A DNA stretch of 64,000 bases from Pseudomonadota bacterium (GCA_016125375.1 WGLU01000004.1:82363-146362), one strand, 5' to 3'; positions 49,378-59,397 are shown, counted from the stretch's first letter. Made by a program: numbers and translations. Notes: generated by a model not told the origin, from the letters alone.

Positions 49378-49947
49378 TCAGCCGGATTTTTGGCGCAAAG
49401 CCTCTTCTACCGCATCCGCCAGTGTTTTGCTGTCGGGGGTGTGGAAATTTGTAAAACGGGCGATAGGTTGACCATCCCGGCCAATCAGGTATTTGAAAAA
49501 GTTCCAACGCGGTTGGCTGTCCAGCTTTGCGTGAATCCATTTGTAGAAGGGGTGGGCGGTGTCTCCCGTTACAGCTGTAATGTCTGTCATCGGGAATGTG
49601 ATATGGAACTTGGTCTCGCAAAAACCTTTCACTTCTGCAGCGGTATTTAGCTCCTGATTAAACGCATCGGAGGGGACGCCAACCACAACCAGCCCCTGGT
49701 CGCGGTATTTATCCCACAGGGCCTGCAGGCCGTCGTATTGCGGGGTAAAGCCACACTGGCTGGCTGTGTTCACCACCAGCAGCACTTTACCTTTGTACTG
49801 GCTCAGGGGCATCGGGTCCCCGTCGATAGAGGTGAAAGAAAAGTCCCAGGCGGTGCGGTTGTCGCTGCCCTGCGCTACTTTGGGGTGCGTGGTCCAGAGG
49901 CCGGTCATAGCGGCAAGTGCGGTTGTGAGGCTGGCTAGAAATTTCAT
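49378..49947 (-). CDS. Glutathione peroxidase family protein with signal peptide
   Basis: Active-site block NTASQCGFT (Cys type), with WNF and ARF blocks. Confidence 0.85.
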   Translation of the reverse strand: MKFLASLTTALAAMTGLWTTHPKVAQGSDNRTAWDFSFTSIDGDPMPLSQYKGKVLLVVNTASQCGFTPQYDGLQALWDKYRDQGLVVVGVPSDAFNQELNTAAEVKGFCETKFHITFPMTDITAVTGDTAHPFYKWIHAKLDSQPRWNFFKYLIGRDGQPIARFTNFHTPDSKTLADAVEEALRQKSG

Positions 49948-49957
49948 GTTTTAATCC

Positions 49958-51214
49958 TCAGGCTGTTGCAGCACTCACATGGGCACTACCGTACAAGGGT
50001 ACGTCAAAACGGGTGTGCAGCTCAAGGGTTTGGGCATGCACCACTGCAATGCCATTATGGCGGTCGGTCAGTATGAGGTAAGGCGTACCCTGCAAGTCTG
50101 CTGCGCCGCGGATATTCCCAAGGCCAAACCGGTGGGCATCAATAGTGAGCGCAGGTTTGCCACCTTCCAGAATGAGGATGTTATCGCTGTAGGCAAAGGT
50201 TACAAATATCCGCCCACTTGCCATGTGGTGAGTGATGGATTGGGAGCGTAGCAGGTGGGTGTTATCCGCTTCCAGCAGCTGCGTGATGCCGCTCTTTAGA
50301 TTCGTTTTACGAATAGGGTGGGGCAACGCGAAACGACGTTCTTCCACTAGTGGCTGGGTGAGCGCAGGCACGTGAAAGCCCGTGAGTTGTTTGTAGTTAT
50401 CCATAGCGGCGAACATGCTGGTCTGTACATCCGGGTCGAAGGTCAGGTACTGGTTGCTGACGGTATAAATATTCCCCTGCTGGTCGGCTGTCAGATGGGT
50501 TAAAACGCCATTCAGGTCGGGCTTTCTGTAGTTTTTGAGGTTTTTGAGGGTCTGGCGCTTGTACAGGCTGAGTTTAGGGTCCGCCGGTGAAAAGGCGAAA
50601 GGTCCTTCGCGGCCAATCTGGCGGATGTTGCCATAGTGGGTGATGGCGAGTTTATCCTCATCTTTCAGGTAGACAATCTCATGCGGGTGAATGCCACCGC
50701 TGGGTTTTTGCATCACCATTTCGAGCGTTTGAAGGTCGTGAAGACGCAACAGACCGCTGTCTTTCACCGAGCGGGCAGGGCTGACCATAACCGGCAAGAG
50801 GAGCAGGCTATTCTCAAGGTCTTCCCAACCGTGGCCACCAAAGGCAAATCCGTCACCCGCGGCAATGCTGATACTGTGTGCATGGTCCGCGTCGACAACC
50901 AATACTGTATCGCCATTTTGCGGGATGCAGACCAGCCGCCCGTCGGACAGGGCCACGACGCTGTGGCCGCGTGCCATAGGCAGGGCAGTCTGGTGGGCCT
51001 CTCCAGTGGCAAGGTCAAGGCTGGTGAGCAGGCTGGGGGACTCGAAAACGCCCTGTCGCCACATGGTCAGGCCATCCGGGTGGCGCTGCCCCAAAAAGCC
51101 GAGGCTGTGTACCTTGCCTGTCAGCGTATCTGATGATTTGCGGTCGGTTGTGCAGGCAACAAGAGTTGTCGAAAGTGGTACGGCAAGCGCTGCTGTCAGC
51201 ACGTGGCGGCGGCT
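49958..51214 (-). CDS. Tat-signal DUF1513-like protein, second paralog
   Basis: It starts MTLSRRHVLTAALAV (Tat motif) and is preceded by an AAGGAGGA ribosome-binding site. It shares blocks with 47968..49287. Confidence 0.7.
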   Translation of the reverse strand, partial: SRRHVLTAALAVPLSTTLVACTTDRKSSDTLTGKVHSLGFLGQRHPDGLTMWRQGVFESPSLLTSLDLATGEAHQTALPMARGHSVVALSDGRLVCIPQNGDTVLVVDADHAHSISIAAGDGFAFGGHGWEDLENSLLLLPVMVSPARSVKDSGLLRLHDLQTLEMVMQKPSGGIHPHEIVYLKDEDKLAITHYGNIRQIGREGPFAFSPADPKLSLYKRQTLKNLKNYRKPDLNGVLTHLTADQQGNIYTVSNQYLTFDPDVQTSMFAAMDNYKQLTGFHVPALTQPLVEERRFALPHPIRKTNLKSGITQLLEADNTHLLRSQSITHHMASGRIFVTFAYSDNILILEGGKPALTIDAHRFGLGNIRGAADLQGTPYLILTDRHNGIAVVHAQTLELHTRFDVPLYGSAHVSAATA

Positions 51215-51350
51215 GAGCGTCATGAATTGTGTCCTCCTTGCCATATCATCTTGTGCCGAATGCGCCTTTATGGCAAGTATCGGCCTACAGGCGTTGCCCT
51301 GCGGGTGCAACATACGTACACTCGTACCGTAACTGCAAAGAGGGCTCCCC

Positions 51351-52211
51351 ATGTTCCACGCTGTATGCCGATTTTTATCCCTGATGACGGTGCTCGCAGG
51401 GTTGACGGCGTGCGGGGGGGTTATGTCGTCGGTTACGGGTGGTCTGTCCGATGGCTTGGCAAAAGGCATTTTGAATCAGGATGATACGCAGCTTGTTGCG
51501 GATGGTGTGCCCACTTATCTGCTGATGGTGGACGGCTTTCTGGCCAACGATCCGGATAATGCTTCTGTCCTGCTGGCGGGTGCCAAGCTTTACAGTGCCT
51601 ATGGCGGTACGTTTGTTAAAGATGCTGCCCGCGGCAAAGCCATGACCGAGAAGGCTTTTACCTATGCCCTTAAAGGCAGCTGCATTCGCGAAAAGCTGCT
51701 CTGTGACGTGAAAGAAGTGCCTTTCCCTGTTTTTGAAACACGTCTGAAAGATTTCGACAAGGGCGAGCTGCCCGCCATTTATACCCTTGCCACCACGTGG
51801 ACAGGATGGATTCAGACCCACAGTGCCGACTGGAATGCGGTGGCAGATATCGCCAAAGTAAAGGCGCTGCTGGTCTGGGCTGATGGGGTAAATCCTGCGT
51901 ACGATAATGGGAGCATCTCCTTGTACCTTGGTGCGCTGGCAACAATTTTACCGCCTGCCATGGGCGGCAAGCCGGACGAGGGTAAGGCGTATTTCGAGAA
52001 AGCGATTTCTATCTCTGACGGCCATAACCTGATGGCCAAAACCCTGTACGCCGAACGCTATGCCCGTATGGTCTTTGACCGTGCTTTGCACGACCGTCTG
52101 CTCAAGGAGGTTGTGGCTGCAGAGCCCAAGGTCGAAGGGCTGACTCTGATGAATGTGCTCGCCCAGCAAAAAGCCAAAGAGCTGCTGGAAAGTGCCGACA
52201 GCTACTTTTAA
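51351..52211 (+). CDS. TatT-like TPR lipoprotein associated with TRAP transporter
   Basis: It has a lipobox (LTACGG) and helical repeats. It lies immediately upstream of dctPQM, the arrangement of TPAT-type TRAP systems. Confidence 0.6.
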   Translation: MFHAVCRFLSLMTVLAGLTACGGVMSSVTGGLSDGLAKGILNQDDTQLVADGVPTYLLMVDGFLANDPDNASVLLAGAKLYSAYGGTFVKDAARGKAMTEKAFTYALKGSCIREKLLCDVKEVPFPVFETRLKDFDKGELPAIYTLATTWTGWIQTHSADWNAVADIAKVKALLVWADGVNPAYDNGSISLYLGALATILPPAMGGKPDEGKAYFEKAISISDGHNLMAKTLYAERYARMVFDRALHDRLLKEVVAAEPKVEGLTLMNVLAQQKAKELLESADSYF

Positions 52212-52223
52212 GAGGAAAGACTG

Positions 52224-53231
52224 ATGAAAAAACTGCTCGCCTGGTTGTTGGTCGCTGCTGCGCTCCCACTGTCCGCCCATGCCCAGACTTTTAAAATTGC
52301 GACGCTGTCACCGGACGGGTCGTTCTGGGTGCAGGAAATCCGTTCTGCTGCGGACGCGATTGAAAAGCGGACCGATGGCCGCGTGACATTTAAAATTTAT
52401 GCCGGTGGCGTGATGGGCAGTGACGATGCTGTGCTGCGTAAAATCCGTTTGGGCCAATTGCAGGGCGGTGCGGTGACTACAGGTGCGTTAAGTGCAGCCT
52501 ACGCTGATGCGGCGATTTATGGCATGCCTTTCAAGTTTAACAGCTTTGCCGAAGTGGATTTTGTCCGCGCCAAAATGGATAAGATGATTCTGGACGGGAT
52601 TGAAGCCGGCGGTCTGGTGCCATTTGGTCTGGCGGAAGGCGGCTTTGCCTATATCATGTCCAAGTCCCCTATCCGTAGTGTCGCCGACCTTAAAAGCTCC
52701 AAGGTCTGGGCACCCAGCAACGATAACCTGAGCATCGAGACCCTTAAAGAACTGGGCGTGACGCCTGTGACCTTGGGATTGGGCGATGTGCTCACCTCTT
52801 TGCAGACTGGGATTGTAGATACTGTGGCAACATCACCTGTTGGCGCGCTTGCTTTGCAGTGGCACACAGGGGTCAAGTATATGACCGAACTGCCGGTGGT
52901 GTACTTCTCTGCCCTGATGGTGCTGGACGGCAAGGCATTTGCCAAAGCCAAGCCGGAAGACCAGAAGGTTATCCGCGAGGAGCTGGGTAAAGCTTTTGCC
53001 GGTATCGACAAGCGTAACCGCAGTGACAACGTGGCTGCGATGGCAGCGCTGAAGAATCAGGGGATTGAGGTTGTAACACCCACTTCTGCCGAGTTGGAGT
53101 CCTGGTATGGCATTCGGGAAGTTGCCCTGAAAGTGAATGACCGTATTCAGATGTTCAGTAAAGGTGGCCTGAAAATGGTAGATGACTACCTGCAGACCTA
53201 CCGTACCCAGCACGCAATGAACGATAAATAG
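52224..53231 (+). CDS. dctP: TRAP transporter substrate-binding protein DctP family
   Basis: 335-aa ORF with a signal peptide and the conserved DctP fold sequence. Confidence 0.85.
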   Translation: MKKLLAWLLVAAALPLSAHAQTFKIATLSPDGSFWVQEIRSAADAIEKRTDGRVTFKIYAGGVMGSDDAVLRKIRLGQLQGGAVTTGALSAAYADAAIYGMPFKFNSFAEVDFVRAKMDKMILDGIEAGGLVPFGLAEGGFAYIMSKSPIRSVADLKSSKVWAPSNDNLSIETLKELGVTPVTLGLGDVLTSLQTGIVDTVATSPVGALALQWHTGVKYMTELPVVYFSALMVLDGKAFAKAKPEDQKVIREELGKAFAGIDKRNRSDNVAAMAALKNQGIEVVTPTSAELESWYGIREVALKVNDRIQMFSKGGLKMVDDYLQTYRTQHAMNDK

Positions 53232-53233
53232 GC

Positions 53234-53728
53234 ATGTTGATGTTCTCCCAGTTCCTGCGCCGTCTGCACCAGTTGGAAGACATGGTGCTGACGGGGATGT
53301 TTTTGCTGATGCTTTTGCTCAGTGTGGCACAGATTGTGGCACGTAACTTTGGCGTGGCCGGTCTGGTGTGGGGGGATGAGCTGGCACGTGTGCTGGTTCT
53401 ATGGGTTGGCCTGCTAGGGGCAATGGCTGCGGCACGGACCGACAAGCACCTGCGGATTGATTTGTTTACCCGGCTATTAAAACCGGTGACCCGTAAGTTT
53501 GTTGTATTGACCGCGCAGGTTGGCACTGCACTGGTGAGCGTTGTTGCCGCCTACGGAGCCCTGACTTTTGTGATGGACGAGTACAGCTACGGCAGCATTG
53601 CTTTTGCGGGTGTGCCCACGTGGGTGACGATGAGCGTTATCCCGTTCGCATTGGGGGTTCTGGCGCTGCGTTATCTGGTGCTTGCCATACTGACCATTTT
53701 GACATCGGCAACGGAGATTGGCCGATGA
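53234..53728 (+). CDS. dctQ: TRAP transporter small permease DctQ
   Basis: 164-aa ORF with four transmembrane segments, between dctP and dctM. Confidence 0.75.
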   Translation: MLMFSQFLRRLHQLEDMVLTGMFLLMLLLSVAQIVARNFGVAGLVWGDELARVLVLWVGLLGAMAAARTDKHLRIDLFTRLLKPVTRKFVVLTAQVGTALVSVVAAYGALTFVMDEYSYGSIAFAGVPTWVTMSVIPFALGVLALRYLVLAILTILTSATEIGR

Positions 53729-55002
53729 ACTTGGTTGCCGCGCCAATTGCTGTTCTGGGTGCACTGGGGATGCCCCTTTTTGCGCTGATTCTGGGCCTGG
53801 CGATGGCCGGATTTACTGCACGTGGCATCAATCTGGGTGTGGTAGCCGTCGAGTTTTACCGCCTGTCGGATACGCCAGTGCTGGTAGCAATCCCGCTGTT
53901 CACCTTTGCAGGGTATGTTTTGAGCGAGGCCAATACCTCGACCCGTCTGGTCCGTCTGACACAGGCAATTCTTGGCTGGTTGCCTGGGGGGCTTGCCATT
54001 GTGTCGCTTTTTATATGCGCACTTTTTACGGCGTTTACCGGTGCTTCCGGGGTGACGATTGTGGCTTTGGGCGCATTGCTGATGCCTGCGCTGGTGCGTA
54101 CAGGCTACGGCGAAAAATTCAGCCTTGGCCTTGTGACAACATCGGGTGCGTTGGGTCTGTTGATACCACCATCCTTGCCGCTTATCCTGTACGGTATTGT
54201 CAGCCAGCAGATGGATACAGGCTATGGTGTGACTATGGAGCGGCTGTTCATTGCCGGCATAGGGCCAACTTTGCTGATGATTGGTGCCTTGTCTGTTTAC
54301 GTGGTCTGGATGAGCTTTAAGCATGGAGTAAAGCTTACCCGTTTCAGCGCGCGGGAAGTTCGTGCCGCGTTATGGGCTGCCCGTTGGGAGATGCCTCTGC
54401 CCTTTTTTGTGCTTGGCGGTATTTACGGCGGCTGGTTTGCTGTGTCCGAAGCTGCGGCCGTAACGGCGCTCTACGTTTTGATTGTCGAGGTTCTGCTATA
54501 TCGGGAGATTCCGCTAAAACGCCTGCCCGGGCTGGCAGTGGAATCCATGCTGATGGTGGGCGGAATTCTGATTGTGCTGGCGTCGGCCATGGTGCTTACC
54601 AACCTGATGATTGACGCGGAAGTGCCAACAAAGCTTTTCGCGTTTGTGAAGGCGTGGATTGACGACAAATATACCTTCCTGCTGGTGCTGAACATTTTCC
54701 TGCTCATTCTTGGAGCGCTGCTGGATATTTTTGCCGCACTGGTAATTGTTGTGCCGCTTATCCTGCCTGTCGCCGCGGGATATGGTGTGGACCCCGTGCA
54801 TCTGGCCATGGTGTTCCTGGCCAATATGCAGATTGGTTATCTGACGCCGCCTGTGGGGTTGAACCTCTTTATCGCCAGTTACCGGTTTGATAAACCGATT
54901 GAGCAGATATATCACGCCACAGCACCGTTTATCGTTGTTCTGCTGGCCGCACTGGCTGTGATTACGTACTGGCCTGCGCTGAGCCTCTTTCTTCTGCCAT
55001 AA
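53725..55002 (+). CDS. dctM: TRAP transporter large permease DctM
   Basis: It starts MNLVAAPIAVLG at ATG 53725, with an ATGA overlap with dctQ. It is a polytopic permease. Confidence 0.85.
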   Translation: MNLVAAPIAVLGALGMPLFALILGLAMAGFTARGINLGVVAVEFYRLSDTPVLVAIPLFTFAGYVLSEANTSTRLVRLTQAILGWLPGGLAIVSLFICALFTAFTGASGVTIVALGALLMPALVRTGYGEKFSLGLVTTSGALGLLIPPSLPLILYGIVSQQMDTGYGVTMERLFIAGIGPTLLMIGALSVYVVWMSFKHGVKLTRFSAREVRAALWAARWEMPLPFFVLGGIYGGWFAVSEAAAVTALYVLIVEVLLYREIPLKRLPGLAVESMLMVGGILIVLASAMVLTNLMIDAEVPTKLFAFVKAWIDDKYTFLLVLNIFLLILGALLDIFAALVIVVPLILPVAAGYGVDPVHLAMVFLANMQIGYLTPPVGLNLFIASYRFDKPIEQIYHATAPFIVVLLAALAVITYWPALSLFLLP

Positions 55003-55084
55003 AGCAAACATGGTTACAGGGCTGGCAAATTGTGCCGTTAGAGCCCATACTTAATTTAATGAACAAAAACAAAGCTGTCCTAGC

Positions 55085-56293
55085 ATGATATTGCGTTGTG
55101 GCTCCAGTATCGCGTGTTTGTTTACCCTGCTGCTTGCCGGGTGCGCCTTGACGGATACGCCCCCCGCAGTTGTTCTGCATGCAGATCCTGTAAGCTGTAT
55201 AGAGCCGCCAATTGTTCATGAAGAGCTTAACAAACATGGTCAGGCCACATGGTCCGACGACAAATTATATGTTGCCCATCATGAGGAAGCGCCGGTCCGT
55301 ATTCCATCCGGGTGGCAGGCTGTAGGAGCATCGAAGGTAGAAGGGCGCTGCGCGCTTTTTCCGGACAAGCAAGCCGTTGTTTTTATTAAACCTTCCGAAT
55401 GGACCATCAAACGCAATCCCCACAAAGAGGCTGGTATCACACTTGTCCGTTATGCGCCCAAGGCGATGGATGCTGCCAAACTGGCGCGTATTGACCGGAT
55501 GATTGACGATGTACACCGCCGTGTCCGACAAATTTACCCACTGGGCCTGAGGGAGGACCAGAAGTTTGACCACGCGCTATTGGTGACGACAGATATTGCA
55601 GGTGATGCCAGTAATATGGACCGACGCTTGTTTGCGGAGCCAGGTGAGCGGCTGACGGTTTTCTTTCGGGAACCTGACGACGGGCGTGCCTATGATTTGT
55701 TGACGCATACAACAACCCACCTGTTTAATAAACGCCGTCCCAGAACTGAAACGCAGCCCGATGACCCGAATCTGTCCATGCATGACTATCTTGAGTTTGT
55801 CGCATCGTGGGCGGAGCTGGCTTTGTCCCCACCGTCTGCATATCTCAACAAGCGGGTAGACTACATTTATGATGTGCATGCGCTTGTGACTGATGATGAT
55901 TCTACTACGTGGCCCAAAGACCGCACCTTGAAAGGGCTGCGTGTCCATAAGGGTAAAATTGGTATTCCGCCCCGTACTCACGAGCGGAGCGGGCCAATGA
56001 TGGAGTACCTGCACTATTATCTTTGTCCGTTGTCACTGGTGGCTCTGGATGGTCTCCTCGCAAAGCGGGAACGCAAGTTGAGCGTTATGGAATTGCTGCA
56101 AATGGTGCACAGTTCCAAGCAGTCGTTGTTGGATGTGTTGCACCAGCAACTAACGCCTAACGAACTGGCGCAATTTGAACTTTGGCTCGGTGGAGAACGT
56201 ATCCCCCGGGTGCTCGTGGATGCCGGCATGGCACGCTATAAAACGGCCGGTTATCTGGATTGGACCCTTGCAAAAGGATGGGCGCATAAATGA
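55085..56293 (+). CDS. Exported lipoprotein of unknown function, paralog B
   Basis: It has an LLAGC lipobox and the family blocks TWSDDKLY, PSGW..G....EGRCALFP and HTTTHLFN. Confidence 0.6.
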   Translation: MILRCGSSIACLFTLLLAGCALTDTPPAVVLHADPVSCIEPPIVHEELNKHGQATWSDDKLYVAHHEEAPVRIPSGWQAVGASKVEGRCALFPDKQAVVFIKPSEWTIKRNPHKEAGITLVRYAPKAMDAAKLARIDRMIDDVHRRVRQIYPLGLREDQKFDHALLVTTDIAGDASNMDRRLFAEPGERLTVFFREPDDGRAYDLLTHTTTHLFNKRRPRTETQPDDPNLSMHDYLEFVASWAELALSPPSAYLNKRVDYIYDVHALVTDDDSTTWPKDRTLKGLRVHKGKIGIPPRTHERSGPMMEYLHYYLCPLSLVALDGLLAKRERKLSVMELLQMVHSSKQSLLDVLHQQLTPNELAQFELWLGGERIPRVLVDAGMARYKTAGYLDWTLAKGWAHK

Positions 56294-57534
56294 AGAAACA
56301 CCTTTTAACCTATCTGGTCTGTATGGTCGCAGCACTCCCTGCATGGGCCGCAGGTAAAAGCGGAGACATACCGGATGGCACGTGTCTGCCAATTCCGCCG
56401 TATAAGGAAGCCTTTAATAAACACGGCCTGCAGGTATGGCAGGATGACATCTTCAAAACCTTCTTGCAGCCGAACAAGGGACGGTTTTATTACGAGATGC
56501 CCGCCGGCTGGTCACCTATAGGTGCCGAGAGTACACGACAGGAAAAGGGCAAGACATGTGTACAGTTTCCTCCGCATCAGTCTGCGACTTTTGTAAATAC
56601 GGCTCATTTTGTATCGGCCACCTTGCAGGTTGAGGGCGTGCATTTTCCGGTACGCGCAGTCTGGCGCAATACCCTGAGCGATACACAGGTCAAAGAATAT
56701 CTGGACGTGATCCGTAACGGTTTTGAGCAGGTCAGCAGTATCTACCCCTATGGCGTGCCAAACAGCATGCTGGGCGAACATACCGTCATGATTACAGCCG
56801 GTATCATTACTGACGAAAAGGCACCCACCAGGAACCTGTACCCAAACGTGGGGCCCAATGCCAGCTACATCTATCACTGGCCCGGCGCCCGTATGGAAGA
56901 GTTGCTGTATCATGCGGTGGCACACCTGTATAATCGGTTCCGGTATATGTATTCCTACCGTCCTGTTGCCCCTACATTGAATTACGTCGAGTATCAGGAG
57001 TGCCTGGCTTCGTGGGTAGAGTCCCGTTACGTCCGTAGCGATATGGACAGATGGAAGCGTGCCATGCACATCTTGCATATCCACGAAGGGGTTGTACTGC
57101 CTGAGGTTAAGATGGGCAAAGAGGTTGGCATGTTCCGCAAGCTCAACGACATGTCTGGACCACTGCCTATAAACCTTGTTCGCCACCGACCGCCACACAT
57201 GCATGTGAAGAAGGAGTATGCCCACTATATTCTGGCGCCATTGCTGCTGATGGGTGCTGAAGGATTGTTGATTGAAGGTGGCAAGGACGTGCGCATGGAA
57301 GACGTGCTGCGGGACGTGCACACCAACAAGTATGGCACCAATTTATACGGTGTGCTGGGCATGTATCTGAGTGAAGACCAAATGCGCACATACCGCCGTT
57401 GGGAAGACGGTTTAGAGGTTATTCCACGTAAATATATCTATGCGGCACTTAAGCGCTACGATACGGGCAAGGACCCAGTAGACTACACTAGGGTCGACGA
57501 TTTGATGCCTAAATACATTGCACCTAATCGGTAA
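56290..57534 (+). CDS. Exported protein of unknown function, paralog C
   Basis: It has a signal peptide (ALPAWA|AG) and the family blocks VWQDDIF, PAGW, CVQFP and HAVAHLYN. It has an ATGA overlap with paralog B. Confidence 0.6.
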   Translation: MKKHLLTYLVCMVAALPAWAAGKSGDIPDGTCLPIPPYKEAFNKHGLQVWQDDIFKTFLQPNKGRFYYEMPAGWSPIGAESTRQEKGKTCVQFPPHQSATFVNTAHFVSATLQVEGVHFPVRAVWRNTLSDTQVKEYLDVIRNGFEQVSSIYPYGVPNSMLGEHTVMITAGIITDEKAPTRNLYPNVGPNASYIYHWPGARMEELLYHAVAHLYNRFRYMYSYRPVAPTLNYVEYQECLASWVESRYVRSDMDRWKRAMHILHIHEGVVLPEVKMGKEVGMFRKLNDMSGPLPINLVRHRPPHMHVKKEYAHYILAPLLLMGAEGLLIEGGKDVRMEDVLRDVHTNKYGTNLYGVLGMYLSEDQMRTYRRWEDGLEVIPRKYIYAALKRYDTGKDPVDYTRVDDLMPKYIAPNR

Positions 57535-57967
57535 GCTTTTTAGGGGGTAAGGTCAGGAAGCCTGCACCGAAGTAGGGGCGGGCATAGCGGTTGACCCAGC
57601 GGGCTATTTCGCGCACGTCACGCTCGCCCTGTAGTTTGTCGACGCGTTTACCCTGATGGTAGAGCAGGAAGGTGGGGATTTTCTCCACGCCAAGAGACTT
57701 CGCATAATCGCGGTATTTATCATAGTCCAAAATGTAGACGGGTATCTGCTTGCTATAGCGGTCTGTAAACTCATCCACGGCCGGCTCGGTATTCCTGCAA
57801 TGGGGGCACCAGCTGGCCCATACCTCAACAATCTTCATGCCGTAACCAGGTAGTATCTTCTGGTCAAACTCTTCGGGTGTCACACGAGGCAGATCAGCAT
57901 TGCCGGCATGAGCGCTAACCGCTCCCAGCAGGCTCAGTAGGGTGATAAGTAACAATCTGCGTTTCAT
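57524..57967 (-). CDS. Periplasmic thioredoxin-family protein
   Basis: It has a signal peptide and a WCPHC active site. The start was placed at MKRRLLLIT (ATG 57967). Confidence 0.8.
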   Translation of the reverse strand: MKRRLLLITLLSLLGAVSAHAGNADLPRVTPEEFDQKILPGYGMKIVEVWASWCPHCRNTEPAVDEFTDRYSKQIPVYILDYDKYRDYAKSLGVEKIPTFLLYHQGKRVDKLQGERDVREIARWVNRYARPYFGAGFLTLPPKKLTD

Positions 57968-58070
57968 GTGATGTCCCGAGTTGTTCTTAATGTTTATGGA
58001 GGGGCGCACGAGCCAACATTCTTGGGGCTCTATATTTCTGCTGGCTGTAATAGTAAGGCCATGTCACCAT

Positions 58071-59339
58071 ATGTTAGCCATAAAAGAAATCATAAAACGG
58101 AGTCGCCCGTTCGTGAACTACAAACCAGTTTTGGCATTGAGTGCCTGTTTGTTGTCCGTTACCGCCTTTAGTCCTGCATATGCAGAAAAAGCCGCTCAAG
58201 CTGCTTCCGTAACGGCGGATACCTCCGCCACACAGCCCGATGCAGCTGACGTGTGCGTGCCTTTGGGCCCACATATACCGCGAGGGGGCAGCTTTGGTAT
58301 GGAACACTGGAGCGATGATAAGCTCCGTATGGCGGCCAATCCTGGCAAGCGGGTTAAAGCACCGGAATACTGGGTGCCGGTAGGCAGCTACCGCATCAAG
58401 AAAGAGGAAGATGAGGGATGTGCGCTCTTCCCGGATGGGCAATCGGCTGTTTTCATCAATCCGCTGCATTGGAAGGTCGACGCATACCTTGTCCCCGTGT
58501 TGGGCATTTATGTTGTGCGTTTTATCCCGAACACATATAGCGACGAAGATGTTAAAAAAACGGATGCCCTGATTCAGGAAGTCTATGAAAAAGTTTCCTA
58601 TTTATTCCCGTTGGGTCTTAAAGAGTACATGCGGCAAGACCACCATATCATTGTCACCACAGGTGTTGCAGGTGATGGTAAACGTGTTGAAAATAGGGTC
58701 TTCCCTTATCCGGGTCCACACCTGTCTGTACTTGCAGGACCGCTGGGCAGTAATTTTAACAAGGAGTTTCTGATTCGTCAGGCGGTCTATCTGCAGAACA
58801 AGATGCGACCACGGGATGAAACTTTTAAAGACGACCCGCTGCTTGCCGCACCAAGCTGGAGCGATATGGAAGGTGGTTGGGCTGCATTTGCCTTGCTGGA
58901 CGATGCCAAAGCCCGTCTGGATCGGGTAAATGCCCTGTACAGCGTACATCAGGCGTTGACTGACGACGATGATGAAACGTGGCCTGATCTGCAGAGGTAT
59001 AAAAAAATTGACCGCAGTAAAGGACCGTTTGGTATGCCACCAAACAGTCCACGTCGCTCTGCGGCCGTAAAATATGCCAACAGTGACTTGGGTCCGCTGA
59101 TTATGGTGGCATTGGATGGACTGCTGGTTGCAGAAGGCAAGAAAGAAACCATGATGCAGTATGTGCGCCTTATCAACAGCAAGAAGGAGTACACGCTCCC
59201 GTCTGTCATGAAAGCTGCACTTTCTCCGAAAGGCTACAGCCTTTTCGAGGGTTGGATGAAAGGTCAGCCTATTGACCGCAGCTACATCGACAAGGGGCTG
59301 GCAAGACTCGATAATCCGCCGAAGCAGGAAGCGAAGTAG
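58071..59339 (+). CDS. Exported protein of unknown function, paralog D (His pair degenerate)
   Basis: Signal peptide after MLAIKEIIKRSR. It carries the family blocks HWSDDKL, YWVPVG and EGCALFP, but RQAVYLQN replaces the HxxxH block. Confidence 0.55.
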   Translation: MLAIKEIIKRSRPFVNYKPVLALSACLLSVTAFSPAYAEKAAQAASVTADTSATQPDAADVCVPLGPHIPRGGSFGMEHWSDDKLRMAANPGKRVKAPEYWVPVGSYRIKKEEDEGCALFPDGQSAVFINPLHWKVDAYLVPVLGIYVVRFIPNTYSDEDVKKTDALIQEVYEKVSYLFPLGLKEYMRQDHHIIVTTGVAGDGKRVENRVFPYPGPHLSVLAGPLGSNFNKEFLIRQAVYLQNKMRPRDETFKDDPLLAAPSWSDMEGGWAAFALLDDAKARLDRVNALYSVHQALTDDDDETWPDLQRYKKIDRSKGPFGMPPNSPRRSAAVKYANSDLGPLIMVALDGLLVAEGKKETMMQYVRLINSKKEYTLPSVMKAALSPKGYSLFEGWMKGQPIDRSYIDKGLARLDNPPKQEAK

Positions 59340-59349
59340 TTCAAAGCAC

Positions 59350-59382
59350 AAAAAGCAGGCGGGTAACCGCCTGCTTTTTTAA
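59350..59382. terminator. Bidirectional rho-independent terminator
   Basis: The hairpin aaaaagcaggcgg-gtaac-ccgcctgctttttt. Confidence 0.75.
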
Positions 59383-59397
59383 TCAGATAAGCCAGTG

